Assembly: GCA_963718915.1 (NCBI GenBank)
Contig: CAVRAI010000015.1
Span: 930,001 to 962,000 of the forward strand
Direction of reading: 5' to 3'
Length of the DNA stretch: 32,000 nt
Source of the DNA: an uncultured Chloroflexia bacterium
Lineage (GTDB): Bacteria; Chloroflexota; Ktedonobacteria; Ktedonobacterales; JADMIN01
Positions 9,025 to 17,647 of the stretch are shown piece by piece; the stretch's first letter is position 1; each line of letters begins with the position of its first letter. The notes under the pieces are model-generated. The model did no database searches, was not told the DNA's origin, and saw only the letters and a program-made list of their open reading frames with translations. Both the position numbers and the translations under genes were made by a program.

Positions 9025-10860
9025 ATGCTACTCGAACTGACGATTACCGACTTTGCCATCATCGATGCCCTGCACCTGCGCTTTGGCCCGCGCCTCAACG
9101 TCTTTACGGGCGAGACGGGCGCGGGTAAATCTATCATCATCGATGCTATCTCGGCTCTGGTGGGTGACCGGGTGAGCGGAGACGTCGTCCGTGCGGGCAG
9201 TGAGCGCGCCGTCGTCGAAGGCGTCTTCGATATCGGCCATCTGCTCGCGCGTGAGAAGGCTGCCCTGTCGGCGCCTGCCAGAATGGCGCCAGTGAGCGAG
9301 GGTGGAGCGACCGAGGCGGAGTCGCTGACCGAGACACTGGCCGAGTTCGGCATCGAGGTCGAGGATGGGATGCTGATTCTGTCACGCGAGATTGCGCGGA
9401 CGGGCCGTGGCATCCAACGCGCCAATGGGCGGGCAACACCACTCTCGGCGCTACAGCGTATCGCCGCCTTCCTGATCGATATTCACGGCCAGAGCGCCCA
9501 TCTCACCATTCTGCGCCCCGAACAGCACGTCTACTATCTGGATCGCTACGCCGCGACCGATGATCTGCGCCAGCAGGTGGCCGCGCTGGTGGGTGAGTGG
9601 CGCGCTGCCCGTCGCGAACTCGACCGCCTCCAGCGTGATGAGCGTGAGTTGGAGCGGCAGCGTGAATTGCTCCAATACCAGGTGGATGAGATCACGGCGG
9701 CGAAGCTCCGTCCCGGCGAGCTAGGCGACCTGGAGCGCGACCGCAAAATCCTGGTGAATGCCGAGCGACTGGGCGAGCTATGCGCCACAATTCATGGCGT
9801 GCTGGCAGGCGACGAGACTGGCGAGACAGGCGGCGCGCTGGATATGCTGGCGTCGGCGCAACGCGCCTTTAGCGATCTGCTGCGGCTGGATGACAGCCTG
9901 CACGAGCAGTTGGGCGAGCTGGAGCAGGCGCTCTACCTTGTCGAAGATGTCGCAGCCTCGGTACGCGTGTATCAGGAAGAAGTGGCGGCGGACCCCCAAC
10001 GCCAGGCAGAGGTCGAAGAACGACTGGATCTGCTTGCGAAACTGCGCCGCAAGTATGGCGCGACCATCGACGAAGTGCTGGCGTTTGGCGAGGAGGCCAG
10101 CCGCTCACTGGATACCCTGTCCCATCGCGAAGAGCGCATTGCCGAGCTTCAGCAGCGAGAACTGACAATCCGCCAGCGTATTGGCGCCATTGCCAGCGAC
10201 CTCTCGCTGCGCCGCCAGTCAGCTGGGCTGGCGCTTGGCACGGCGATGGAGCGCGAGCTTGACGACCTCAACATGCAGCGGACACGCTTCCTGACCGAAA
10301 TCAGTCAGCGCGGCGACGAACAGGGAGCGCCCGCCACACTAGATGGCCAGACAGCGTCGTGGGCTTTCACCGCGACGGGCATAGATTCGGTCGAGTTCCT
10401 GCTGGCGCCAAATCCGGGCGAACCGCTCAAGCCCCTGGCGCGCATCGCCTCTGGCGGCGAGACCTCGCGTATTATGCTTGCCCTCAAAACGATCCTCTCG
10501 CGGGCAGACGCCGTGCCCATCCTCATCTTCGACGAGATCGACGCTGGCATCAGCGGGCGGAGCGGGCAGGTCGTGGGCGAGAAGCTCTGGGCGCTGGGGC
10601 AGAGCCATCAGGTACTCTGCGTCACTCACCTGCCGCAGATTGCTGTGCTGGCGGATACGCATCTCCGCGTCAGCAAGGCGCTTTCCGCCGACCGCACGTC
10701 CACGCGGGTCGAAGAGCTAACACCTGCCGAGCGGACGCGGGATGTGGCGCAGATGCTTGGTGGCGCGCGAACAAGCGCATCGCAGGCGAACGCCGCCGAC
10801 CTGATCAAGCGCGCCGACGCCTGGAAACGCTCGCATAAACCACGGAGCGCCACCGCCTGA
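9025..10860 (+). CDS. recN: DNA repair protein RecN
   Basis: 611 aa. N-terminal Walker A FTGETGAGKSIIIDA, long coiled-coil middle, C-terminal SGGETSR signature and ILIFDEIDAGISG Walker B. Conserved nadK-recN adjacency. Confidence 0.95.
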   Translation: MLLELTITDFAIIDALHLRFGPRLNVFTGETGAGKSIIIDAISALVGDRVSGDVVRAGSERAVVEGVFDIGHLLAREKAALSAPARMAPVSEGGATEAESLTETLAEFGIEVEDGMLILSREIARTGRGIQRANGRATPLSALQRIAAFLIDIHGQSAHLTILRPEQHVYYLDRYAATDDLRQQVAALVGEWRAARRELDRLQRDERELERQRELLQYQVDEITAAKLRPGELGDLERDRKILVNAERLGELCATIHGVLAGDETGETGGALDMLASAQRAFSDLLRLDDSLHEQLGELEQALYLVEDVAASVRVYQEEVAADPQRQAEVEERLDLLAKLRRKYGATIDEVLAFGEEASRSLDTLSHREERIAELQQRELTIRQRIGAIASDLSLRRQSAGLALGTAMERELDDLNMQRTRFLTEISQRGDEQGAPATLDGQTASWAFTATGIDSVEFLLAPNPGEPLKPLARIASGGETSRIMLALKTILSRADAVPILIFDEIDAGISGRSGQVVGEKLWALGQSHQVLCVTHLPQIAVLADTHLRVSKALSADRTSTRVEELTPAERTRDVAQMLGGARTSASQANAADLIKRADAWKRSHKPRSATA

Positions 10861-11021
10861 TGGGTTGGACACAGACGAAAGTCTCATACCGGGCGGTACG
10901 TTTAGGGGATAGGTGTGTAGGAATTTCGTGTGGCGTGTGAACTAAATAGCGGTTGCTCACGTAGTAGATCATGAAGACGGTGTAAAGTAATATCAGTTGA
11001 GCTTTGGCGGATAGCGCGCGT

Positions 11022-11050
11022 TTTCAACGGCAGTGTTCCTGCGGTATAAT
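11022..11050 (+). promoter_or_regulatory. Candidate promoter for rsfS
   Basis: Perfect -10 TATAAT (11045-11050) with a weak -35 TTTCAA (11022-11027) at N17, in a 245-nt comparatively AT-rich intergenic region. Confidence 0.4.
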
Positions 11051-11105
11051 TCGGGGAGAGCCAGGGAATAGTCCTGGCATCGAGAGTACCTAAGGAGGCC
11101 GCAAG

Positions 11106-11450
11106 CTGGATTCCGCCGAACTCGCCAGGCTCATCGCCGATATTGCTGTGGATAAGAAAGCGACCGATGTGGTCATGCTGGATATCCAGGAACAGTCCGT
11201 CATCGCCGACTATTTCGTCGTCTGTACTGGCTCAAATCCCCGACAGATTCAGGCAATCGCCAATGCCATCGAAGACCGGCTGGGGGAGTTGCATGTGTGG
11301 ACGCGAGGCTATGAGGGTAATGCTGAGAACGGATGGATGCTGCTCGACTGTGGCGATGTGATCGTGCATATCTTTGGCCCAATGGAGCGCGAATTCTATC
11401 GCCTGGAACGTTTGTGGAGCAATGCGCCTTCCGTGGTGTATGTGCAATAG
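11106..11450 (+). CDS. rsfS: Ribosomal silencing factor RsfS (Iojap family), probable CTG start
   Basis: The track ORF starts at GTG 11148 (MDKKATDVVMLDI...), but the frame is open back to the TAA at 11091. TAAGGAGG (11091-11098) sits 7 nt before CTG 11106, giving (M)DSAELARLIADIAVDKKATDVVMLD, which resembles the usual RsfS N-terminus. Confidence 0.85.
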   Translation: MDSAELARLIADIAVDKKATDVVMLDIQEQSVIADYFVVCTGSNPRQIQAIANAIEDRLGELHVWTRGYEGNAENGWMLLDCGDVIVHIFGPMEREFYRLERLWSNAPSVVYVQ

Positions 11451-11477
11451 CGGATCACGTAGAAAAGGGTGACGGCA

Positions 11478-11663
11478 ATGGCGACGTTGCGGAACAGATT
11501 CTTCCTTGAGGGAATCATTCTTGGTGGTTTGTGTGGCGTGGTTCTCGGCTCAATGATCGCTTTCCAGGTGGGTGGCGAGCGTGTGAATCGGGCGCGCCGC
11601 GCGGTTGAGGGTGTCGTACGCCATCAGAAGCCGTCGATTCCGTACAGCGTGCTGGGAAATTAG
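11478..11663 (+). CDS. Small hypothetical membrane protein (one TM helix, basic C-tail)
   Basis: MATLRNRFFLEGIILGGLCGVVLGSMIAFQVGGERVNRARRAVEG... GGGTGA lies 5 nt before ATG 11478; the track uses GTG 11469. Followed by a strong hairpin. Confidence 0.45.
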   Translation: MATLRNRFFLEGIILGGLCGVVLGSMIAFQVGGERVNRARRAVEGVVRHQKPSIPYSVLGN

Positions 11664-11679
11664 TTTATCGTCGCTGTGG

Positions 11680-11706
11680 CCCGCCGTGCCAGTTACGCAC
11701 GGCGGG
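11680..11706. terminator. Perfect 10-bp stem / 7-nt loop hairpin between convergent genes (candidate bidirectional terminator)
   Basis: cccgccgtgc-cagttac-gcacggcggg read directly. It lies 17 nt after the plus-strand stop (11663) and 24 nt after the minus-strand stop (11730). The U-tracts are poor on both strands. Confidence 0.5.
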
Positions 11707-11729
11707 TGATGATGGTTTCCACAGCGTCC

Positions 11730-12440
11730 TCAATTTGTCCGCCTGCCAGAAGGCGGATATTTTCGCGTCCAAAAAGTTTCACCGTTGCCGGACATCGTTT
11801 CGTATCTCCCGCGCTCCAGCAAGCCCATAGTCCCCATGACGAGTATGCCCGCCAGCACCGCCAGCGCCAGCCGCAGCAGCAGCGTATCGCGCGCCGCGGC
11901 CGCTGTCTCCTCGTCCACCATTGCGTGCGAACCTCCCGGCGCCACCAGGAAGCTTGGCGCTTCACGGCTTCCAAAGAGGTCGAGAATCGCCAGATCGCCT
12001 GAAGCCAATACAGCCGCCGCCGCGATGACAAGAGCATCAGCGCCCGTTGCGCTCCCCCATTTCGCCGTCAGGGTAATCGTATTGCCCGCGTGTGACGCCG
12101 AGAGCGCGCGGCCCAGCGCCGATGGGGATGCCTCACGCAGCGCGTGGTCGGTCGCGGATGCGAGCGCGTGTGAGACAGCCCGACCAAACGCGGGCGCGGT
12201 GAGGAAGCCAGGCGAGACAATACGGCGAGCGGTGGCGAGCGCCTGCTCTTGCGCGAAGAAGCTTTCCTGCGCCGATGGCGTACCGGCGGGGAGTATGACG
12301 ATAGTGACAGCATGTGTGGCGACATAGATAGTTGGTGTGCGCAGCCAGCCGATCAACGATAGGCTGCCAATTAGCAGTGTCACCAGCGCCATGACCCACC
12401 ACCACCGTCTGACGATGATGACTGCGTCGTGTCTGCTCAC
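11730..12440 (-). CDS. Polysaccharide co-polymerase (Wzz-like chain-length determinant), short two-TM form
   Basis: 236 aa. IIVRRWWWVMALVTLLIGSLSLIGWLRTPTIYVATHAVTIV resembles Wzz N-termini, with a second TM LLLRLALAVLAGILVMGTMGLL near the C-terminus. The GTG start overlaps the upstream stop (GTGA). Confidence 0.5.
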   Translation of the reverse strand: MSRHDAVIIVRRWWWVMALVTLLIGSLSLIGWLRTPTIYVATHAVTIVILPAGTPSAQESFFAQEQALATARRIVSPGFLTAPAFGRAVSHALASATDHALREASPSALGRALSASHAGNTITLTAKWGSATGADALVIAAAAVLASGDLAILDLFGSREAPSFLVAPGGSHAMVDEETAAAARDTLLLRLALAVLAGILVMGTMGLLERGRYETMSGNGETFWTRKYPPSGRRTN

Positions 12441-13603
12441 GGTTCGCCCCTTGCGGCAGACGGCTCCTGGTCATCCGCTAATTCGGGGCGGTCGCTCACA
12501 TGGCGCGATAGTCGCGGATGTTCGGAAATGCGAGCTTCGATGAAATGCTGGAACCGGTCGAGGAAGCGCCGGGTATCGAATTGCTCGGCCTGACGGCGGA
12601 TTACCTTTGGGTCGAACTGGTCATCGCGGAAGCGTTTCACCACGCCAACGAGCGCATCGGTTGTTTGCTCGTCGAAGAAAAGACCGGTAACGCCTTCGAC
12701 GACACTGGCGCATGCGCCGCCCTCTCGATAAGCGATAACCGGGCGACCACATGCATGTGCCTCCACCGGAGTCAGCCCGAAATCCTCTTCGCCGGGAAAT
12801 ATCAGCGCTCGACAGGCCATGAGCTGGGCGCGTACCTCCTCATCGGGGAGCCAGCCGAGAAATTCGACGTTCTTCCCGGCCATGCGCCGCAATTGGTCCT
12901 CGTCGCGCCCTGTGCCGATAATCCGTAACGGCAGACGCAACCTCGTGAACGCCTTGACGGCGAGATCGATGCGTTTATATGGGACGAGGCGCGAGACGAT
13001 CAGGAAATAGTCATCTGGGGTCGTGGCGACAGCATAGCGCCAGACATCGACCGGAGGCGGCAGCACGGTGGCGCTGCGACGGTAATACTTGGCGATGCGC
13101 GCGGCGACGTTGGGCGAATTCGCGAGGAAGACGTCCACACGCGCCGCGGCGGCATAATCCCACTGGCGCAGCCAGGTGATAACGGGCAAGAGCATCGCGC
13201 GGGAAATGCGGCCCAGACGCTCGCGCTCGATATACTCCTCGAAGTTCCATGCCCAGCGCATCGGCGTGTGACAGTAGCAGACATGCAGAGCATCGGCGCG
13301 GGTCACCACCCCTTTGGCGAAGGCGCTGCTGTCGCTGATGACTAGATCGTACTCGCGCAGATCCATCCACTCAAAGGCGAATGGGTAAAGCGGCAGAAAC
13401 GGTTGGTGGTGGTGTTTGACGAATGGGAGCCGCTGCATGAAGCTCGTACGGATGTCCATCGAGCGGAATCGTGAATCCACCCGCTCAGGATCATAGATCG
13501 CGGTATAGATAGGCGCCTGGGGATAGAGCGAGTGAAGAGCGAGTAAGACGCGCTCAGCGCCGCCCATCTGATTGAGATAGTCATGAACTAACGCGACGCG
13601 CAT
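12437..13603 (-). CDS. Glycosyltransferase family 4 (GT-B, group 1)
   Basis: MRVALVHDYLNQMGGAERVLL... with C-terminal FPGEEDFGLTPVEAHACGRPVIA (E-x7-E). ATG 13603 is preceded by GGAGAG-N7; the track's GTG 13621 extension is not needed. Confidence 0.85.
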   Translation of the reverse strand: MRVALVHDYLNQMGGAERVLLALHSLYPQAPIYTAIYDPERVDSRFRSMDIRTSFMQRLPFVKHHHQPFLPLYPFAFEWMDLREYDLVISDSSAFAKGVVTRADALHVCYCHTPMRWAWNFEEYIERERLGRISRAMLLPVITWLRQWDYAAAARVDVFLANSPNVAARIAKYYRRSATVLPPPVDVWRYAVATTPDDYFLIVSRLVPYKRIDLAVKAFTRLRLPLRIIGTGRDEDQLRRMAGKNVEFLGWLPDEEVRAQLMACRALIFPGEEDFGLTPVEAHACGRPVIAYREGGACASVVEGVTGLFFDEQTTDALVGVVKRFRDDQFDPKVIRRQAEQFDTRRFLDRFQHFIEARISEHPRLSRHVSDRPELADDQEPSAARGEP

Positions 13604-13632
13604 ACGATCACTCTCCGACACGACAATATGAG

Positions 13633-15177
13633 CTAATAAGCGCCCCGGCTGGCCAGAACGGCTGGGATGGTGCGCAGCAAAATCTGGAAGTCCAGGCGCA
13701 GACTCCAGTTCTCGATGTAGTACAGGTCCATCAACACCATTTCGTCGAAGTCAATGTCACTGCGCCCGCGCACCTGCCAGAGTCCAGTCAGGCCCGGTCG
13801 CATTTCCAGTCGTCCTTTTTCCCAGTCTTCGTAGCGTTCGTATTCCACGACTAGCGGTGGGCGCGGCCCTACCAGACTCATCTCGCCGCGTAACACGCAA
13901 AGAAGCTGCGGAATCTCATCGAGACTGGTACGCCGCAGAAAACGGCCGACCATCGTTCGGCGTGGGTCGTTCGGCAGTTTGAATTTGCCGCGTTCATTGG
14001 CTGGCGACTGGTCACGCATGGTATCGAGCAATGCTTCGGCGTCGGCATCCATCGAGCGGAACTTGAGACAGTTGAAGCGCGCGCCACGATAGCCGATGCG
14101 TTGCTGGCGATAGAGTATCGGCCCCGGTGAGTCGAGCTTGACAGCCAGCGCGATCAGCAGCCAGAACGGCGCGCCGAAGATCAGCATAAATGCTGCCCCG
14201 ATGATATCAACCGCCCGTTTGATACGATAGCGCCACGTGCTGGTAAGGCTCTGCTTCAGCCCTATCAGCGGAATACCCTCGAGAGTGTCGATGTCGAAAC
14301 GGGCCAGGCTCAGTTCATGGATATCAGGCGCCAGCTTGAATGCGGCCCCGACATGCTCGCAGATTGCGACGACCTGCAAGATCTGCTCGTGCTGCTGAGA
14401 TGGCAGCGCAACCACCACCTCGCCAATACGCTCCTGCTGAAGAACGCGTTCGAGGTCGCCAAGTTCGCCCAGAACCTTGAAGCGCCCAAAGTCGCCGGGC
14501 GGGCCTTCCTGCTCGTAGATGAAGCCCACCACGCGGTAGCCCAGGTTGGGTGTCGCGGCGATTTGTTGCATCATCAGCTTGGCGAGACGGCCGGAGCCAA
14601 CAACCAGCAGATTGGTCAGACCAATGCCACGGCTATACAGGTAGGTGACGCCGAGCGAGACGAGCAGCCGCGCCAGGCTGACGAAGAGGATTATGAAGAG
14701 CCAGGCAAAGATGACCAGCGAACGCGAGCGCGAATCGAAGGCGACATCGGTCTTGCGGACGAGGTAGTCGTAGGCTGAGAAGACGGCAAATGCGGCGGTC
14801 GTTGCCGCGGCGATGGCCCAGAACGCCTTGAACGAGTTCCCCGCAACCCGGAGTCCATACAGTCCCTTGAGCGCGAACGCGAGGATCATGCCAATGGTGA
14901 CGACGACCTGCAGCCCGCGGAAGCTGGCAAGCTGTTCTTCGAGGAATGGTGTAGTGAACTGGACGCCGTTGAGCACATCATAGCGGGTAAAGTAGGCGGC
15001 GACAAACGCGATGGAAATCATCGCGGTATCCAGCGCCAGCAGACAGCATCGTGGCATCAGGCGGCGCAACGCCCTCTGCTGGGATCGCGTGTGGGCGAGG
15101 ATACCTGTGTTCGGTAATGTTGAGAGAGCGGGTAGAGCGGCGCCTCCGTCCACGACACGCTGCTGCTTGATGTCCAT
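13633..15177 (-). CDS. Polyprenyl-phosphate glycosylphosphotransferase (WbaP/EpsB-type priming sugar transferase)
   Basis: 514 aa. N-terminal TM helices, central Rossmann-like region and the C-terminal bacterial sugar transferase domain: KRAVDIIGAAFMLI...SPGPILYRQQRIG...FKFRSM...DPRRTMVGRFLRRTSLDEIPQLLCVLRGEMSLVGPRP. Confidence 0.9.
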   Translation of the reverse strand: MDIKQQRVVDGGAALPALSTLPNTGILAHTRSQQRALRRLMPRCCLLALDTAMISIAFVAAYFTRYDVLNGVQFTTPFLEEQLASFRGLQVVVTIGMILAFALKGLYGLRVAGNSFKAFWAIAAATTAAFAVFSAYDYLVRKTDVAFDSRSRSLVIFAWLFIILFVSLARLLVSLGVTYLYSRGIGLTNLLVVGSGRLAKLMMQQIAATPNLGYRVVGFIYEQEGPPGDFGRFKVLGELGDLERVLQQERIGEVVVALPSQQHEQILQVVAICEHVGAAFKLAPDIHELSLARFDIDTLEGIPLIGLKQSLTSTWRYRIKRAVDIIGAAFMLIFGAPFWLLIALAVKLDSPGPILYRQQRIGYRGARFNCLKFRSMDADAEALLDTMRDQSPANERGKFKLPNDPRRTMVGRFLRRTSLDEIPQLLCVLRGEMSLVGPRPPLVVEYERYEDWEKGRLEMRPGLTGLWQVRGRSDIDFDEMVLMDLYYIENWSLRLDFQILLRTIPAVLASRGAY

Positions 15178-15199
15178 CGTGTTACCGCCTCTGCCCGCA

Positions 15200-16384
15200 T
15201 CACAATGTTCGCGCGCTGCTACTCGTCAACTGATAGATTTCGGCATACGCCCGCGCCATCCGCGCCATCGAGAACTGGCGCGCCCACTGCGGTCCCGCCC
15301 GCGCCATGCGATCTCTGGCATCGCCATCGGCAAGCACATCTCGCAGGACACGGGCCAACTCTTCCGCGCTACGCGGATCGACCTGTCGGGCGACGTCGCC
15401 AGCCACTTCCGGCAAACTGGAGACGTTCGACGTGATCGTCGGCGTTCCACAGGCCAGCGCTTCAATAACTGGAATGCCAAAGCCTTCGTAGAGCGATGGA
15501 AAGACAAATACCTCCGCGCCCGCGTACCACAGTGGCTGCTCTTCGCGGGCTACGTAGCCCGGAAACGTGACGACACGTTCCAGCCCCAGCGCACGCACGC
15601 GCGAGAAAAGTGGCTCGTAATACCAGCCCTTTGGCCCTGCCAGCACGAGCAGCGGCGCATCCGACACCTGCCCACGCAGACGTGTATACGCCTCGATCAA
15701 TGTCAGCAGATTTTTGCGTGGCTCAAGGGCGCCAAGGTAGAGTAGATACCGCTCAGGTAGCCCATGATTCGCGCGAAATCTGGCGAGTGTCTCCGGGTCG
15801 CCGACAGGCTGGAAGTCCGCCGCTATCCCTGGATATATGACGTGTATGCGCTCCTCTGGGACACGCATCAATTTGATCACATCGCGTTTGGTGCTCTCGG
15901 AGACGGCTACCACCCGCGTGGCGCGGGCGACGCTACGCGCGGTAAAGCGGCGCTGGTAGAGTCGGCGCGAGGGGCGGAGAAACTGTGGGTAGCGCATGAA
16001 TACGAGATCATGCACGGTGACAACCGAGGGGCACGGCAGTCGCGCGGGCAGGACGTTCGCGGGCGCATGAAAGACATCTATACCTAGCGTTCGCAGTACC
16101 CTGGGCAGCGCGAACTGCTCCCAGGCGATGCGGCGCACGGGACCATCCGCTCCCCAGATGGCTGACCCCATCAGGTGCAGATGAGCAGCGCGCGCGAGCG
16201 GCGAATCAGACGCCCGATCAGCCTCCTTCGGATGCATGAAAGCCGTATATTCCTGGCCGAAATCGAGCGCCGCCAGCCCTTCGAGCAAAGTATAGATAAA
16301 GCGGCTGATGCCCGCATTGCGGTATGAATCGCCGAAGGAGACGAGCTGCGCATTGATTGCCACGCGCACTGTGTCACTGCCCAT
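15200..16384 (-). CDS. Glycosyltransferase family 4 (GT-B, group 1)
   Basis: Homology begins at MGSDTVRVAINAQLVSFGDSYRNAGISRF. C-terminal FPSLYEGFGIPVIEALACGTP (E-x7-E). The 102-codon upstream extension in the track ORF is Arg/Ser/Ala-rich, overlaps the FemAB-like gene and has no GT homology. Confidence 0.85.
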   Translation of the reverse strand: MGSDTVRVAINAQLVSFGDSYRNAGISRFIYTLLEGLAALDFGQEYTAFMHPKEADRASDSPLARAAHLHLMGSAIWGADGPVRRIAWEQFALPRVLRTLGIDVFHAPANVLPARLPCPSVVTVHDLVFMRYPQFLRPSRRLYQRRFTARSVARATRVVAVSESTKRDVIKLMRVPEERIHVIYPGIAADFQPVGDPETLARFRANHGLPERYLLYLGALEPRKNLLTLIEAYTRLRGQVSDAPLLVLAGPKGWYYEPLFSRVRALGLERVVTFPGYVAREEQPLWYAGAEVFVFPSLYEGFGIPVIEALACGTPTITSNVSSLPEVAGDVARQVDPRSAEELARVLRDVLADGDARDRMARAGPQWARQFSMARMARAYAEIYQLTSSSARTL

Positions 16385-16448
16385 GGCCTCTGCCACTCCC
16401 TCGTCGTTCACCGCTCTTGGGTGGCCATGTACAGGAGCGCCCCGGCGC

Positions 16449-17474
16449 TCAGGCGAGGTGGTCTTCGATGCGGAAGCCTTTACCAGCCGCCAGCGAGCGC
16501 AGTTTGATCGCGGTGGCCTCCAGCCCTGGCGATGCGCGACCCACCGCTGGCAAAAGTGGCAGATCGAGCGCGCCGCAGTAGCGCTGCTCGACGCCGCCGA
16601 ATCCGCTCTTGAAACGATAGACGCCATAGAGGGGATTATCAGGTGTCGGGTGCGCCGGGATGCCCCACATATCATAGCGTGTGGCGCCACGCTCTTTTGC
16701 CCAGACCATCGAGCGATACTGCACCAGCTCGGAAGGTTTCACTTTGCGCTCGCCTCCTGATGCGCCATAGAGATAATAGGCCGTCGCGCCGAATTGCACC
16801 ACGATGGCCCCGTAGATAATCTTGCCGTCGTAGCGTGCGAGGAAAACGGGCGCATCGTCGCCAAAGTCGGTGACGAGCTGGCGGAAGTAGGAGATGTCGC
16901 GCTCGGCGAAACCCTTGCGCTCGGCGGTGGCGGCCAGCAAGTGATAGAAGTCGTCCACCAGTTCTATGCCGCCCTGAAGCACTTCGACCTCCTTACGCTC
17001 GGCAAGGCGGGCGTTGTAGCGCACCTGCTGATCGAAGCCCGCGAGAATATCATCCGCTGGACGGGTCAGATCGACGACGATGGTTGCGCGTGGCTGCACC
17101 TGACGCGGAGCCAGCCGGAAGTCCAGGCGTGTCAGCGGAGTGGCGTCCTCGATCAGTGGATCAACGCGAAGAAACGGAGCGGCGAATCGTAGCGAGCGTC
17201 GGAGCCATCGTACCAGCGCGCCCAGCGCCTCGTCATCCTGCCACCACGGCCCGCGTGGCGCATAGACCGACTGCACCCCCAGCACGCGCCGCGAGAGCAG
17301 TTGCACGCCCGCCACTGCCTCATCGCCGCGCCAGACCAGCACCCGCGTGGGCCGCCAGCCGCCGCTGTGCAGCTTGAACTCGCCCCATTGCCAGCTTTGC
17401 AGCAGGTCGTTGCGCGGCGCACGCGCCAGCGCGCTATTCCACTCCTCGCGCCCACGCGCCTCGCCAATACGCAC
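16449..17474 (-). CDS. FemAB-family (GNAT-fold) aminoacyl/peptidyl transferase-like protein
   Basis: LLQSWQWGEFKLHSGGWRP..., ...YLYGASGGERKVKPSELVQYRSMVWAKERGATRYDMWGI... resemble FemX/FemAB-type proteins. I place the start at GTG 17474 (GGAG-N5-GTG, MRIGEARGREEW, ~341 aa, the family-typical length). The ORF stays open to 17603. Confidence 0.7.
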   Translation of the reverse strand: MRIGEARGREEWNSALARAPRNDLLQSWQWGEFKLHSGGWRPTRVLVWRGDEAVAGVQLLSRRVLGVQSVYAPRGPWWQDDEALGALVRWLRRSLRFAAPFLRVDPLIEDATPLTRLDFRLAPRQVQPRATIVVDLTRPADDILAGFDQQVRYNARLAERKEVEVLQGGIELVDDFYHLLAATAERKGFAERDISYFRQLVTDFGDDAPVFLARYDGKIIYGAIVVQFGATAYYLYGASGGERKVKPSELVQYRSMVWAKERGATRYDMWGIPAHPTPDNPLYGVYRFKSGFGGVEQRYCGALDLPLLPAVGRASPGLEATAIKLRSLAAGKGFRIEDHLA

Positions 17475-17597
17475 CGTCGCTCCAGACAACGTTCGCCCGC
17501 CTTTCACGCCCCGTATGACAACTCCCCTCCTCGTATCGGAAGGGCGGTCAACCAGCCGCACACGCCCATCCAGCATACGCCGCCAGCGGGAGCCGCG

Positions 17598-17617
17598 CAA
17601 CACAACCGGGAGAAGTG
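17598..17617. repeat. Copy A of a 19/20-nt direct repeat caaCacaaccgggagaagtg
   Basis: Read directly; 16 nt (acaaccgggagaagtg) are identical to 19525..19540. About 128 nt upstream of the proposed FemAB-like start on the minus strand. Confidence 0.8.
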
Positions 17618-17647
17618 ATTATAGAGTCGGATTGGTTGAGTGAAAAC

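Noticed and set aside
10861-11105. Small RNA or tRNA in the 245-nt AT-richer recN-rsfS spacer
   Set aside because: I could not fold a cloverleaf or find T-loop/anticodon-arm signatures or a terminator. The region is adequately explained by a promoter (TATAAT at 11045) and the rsfS leader.
16385-16690. Long N-terminal extensions offered by the ORF track (also 4243..4326, 17475..17603, 23281..23346, 26090..26221, 29414..29614, 30415..30438, 31868..31963)
   Set aside because: In each case family homology begins at an internal Met or Val that has a Shine-Dalgarno or a stop/start overlap. The extension is compositionally biased or overlaps the upstream gene. The 26090..26152 portion remains a live alternative and is discussed in the findings.
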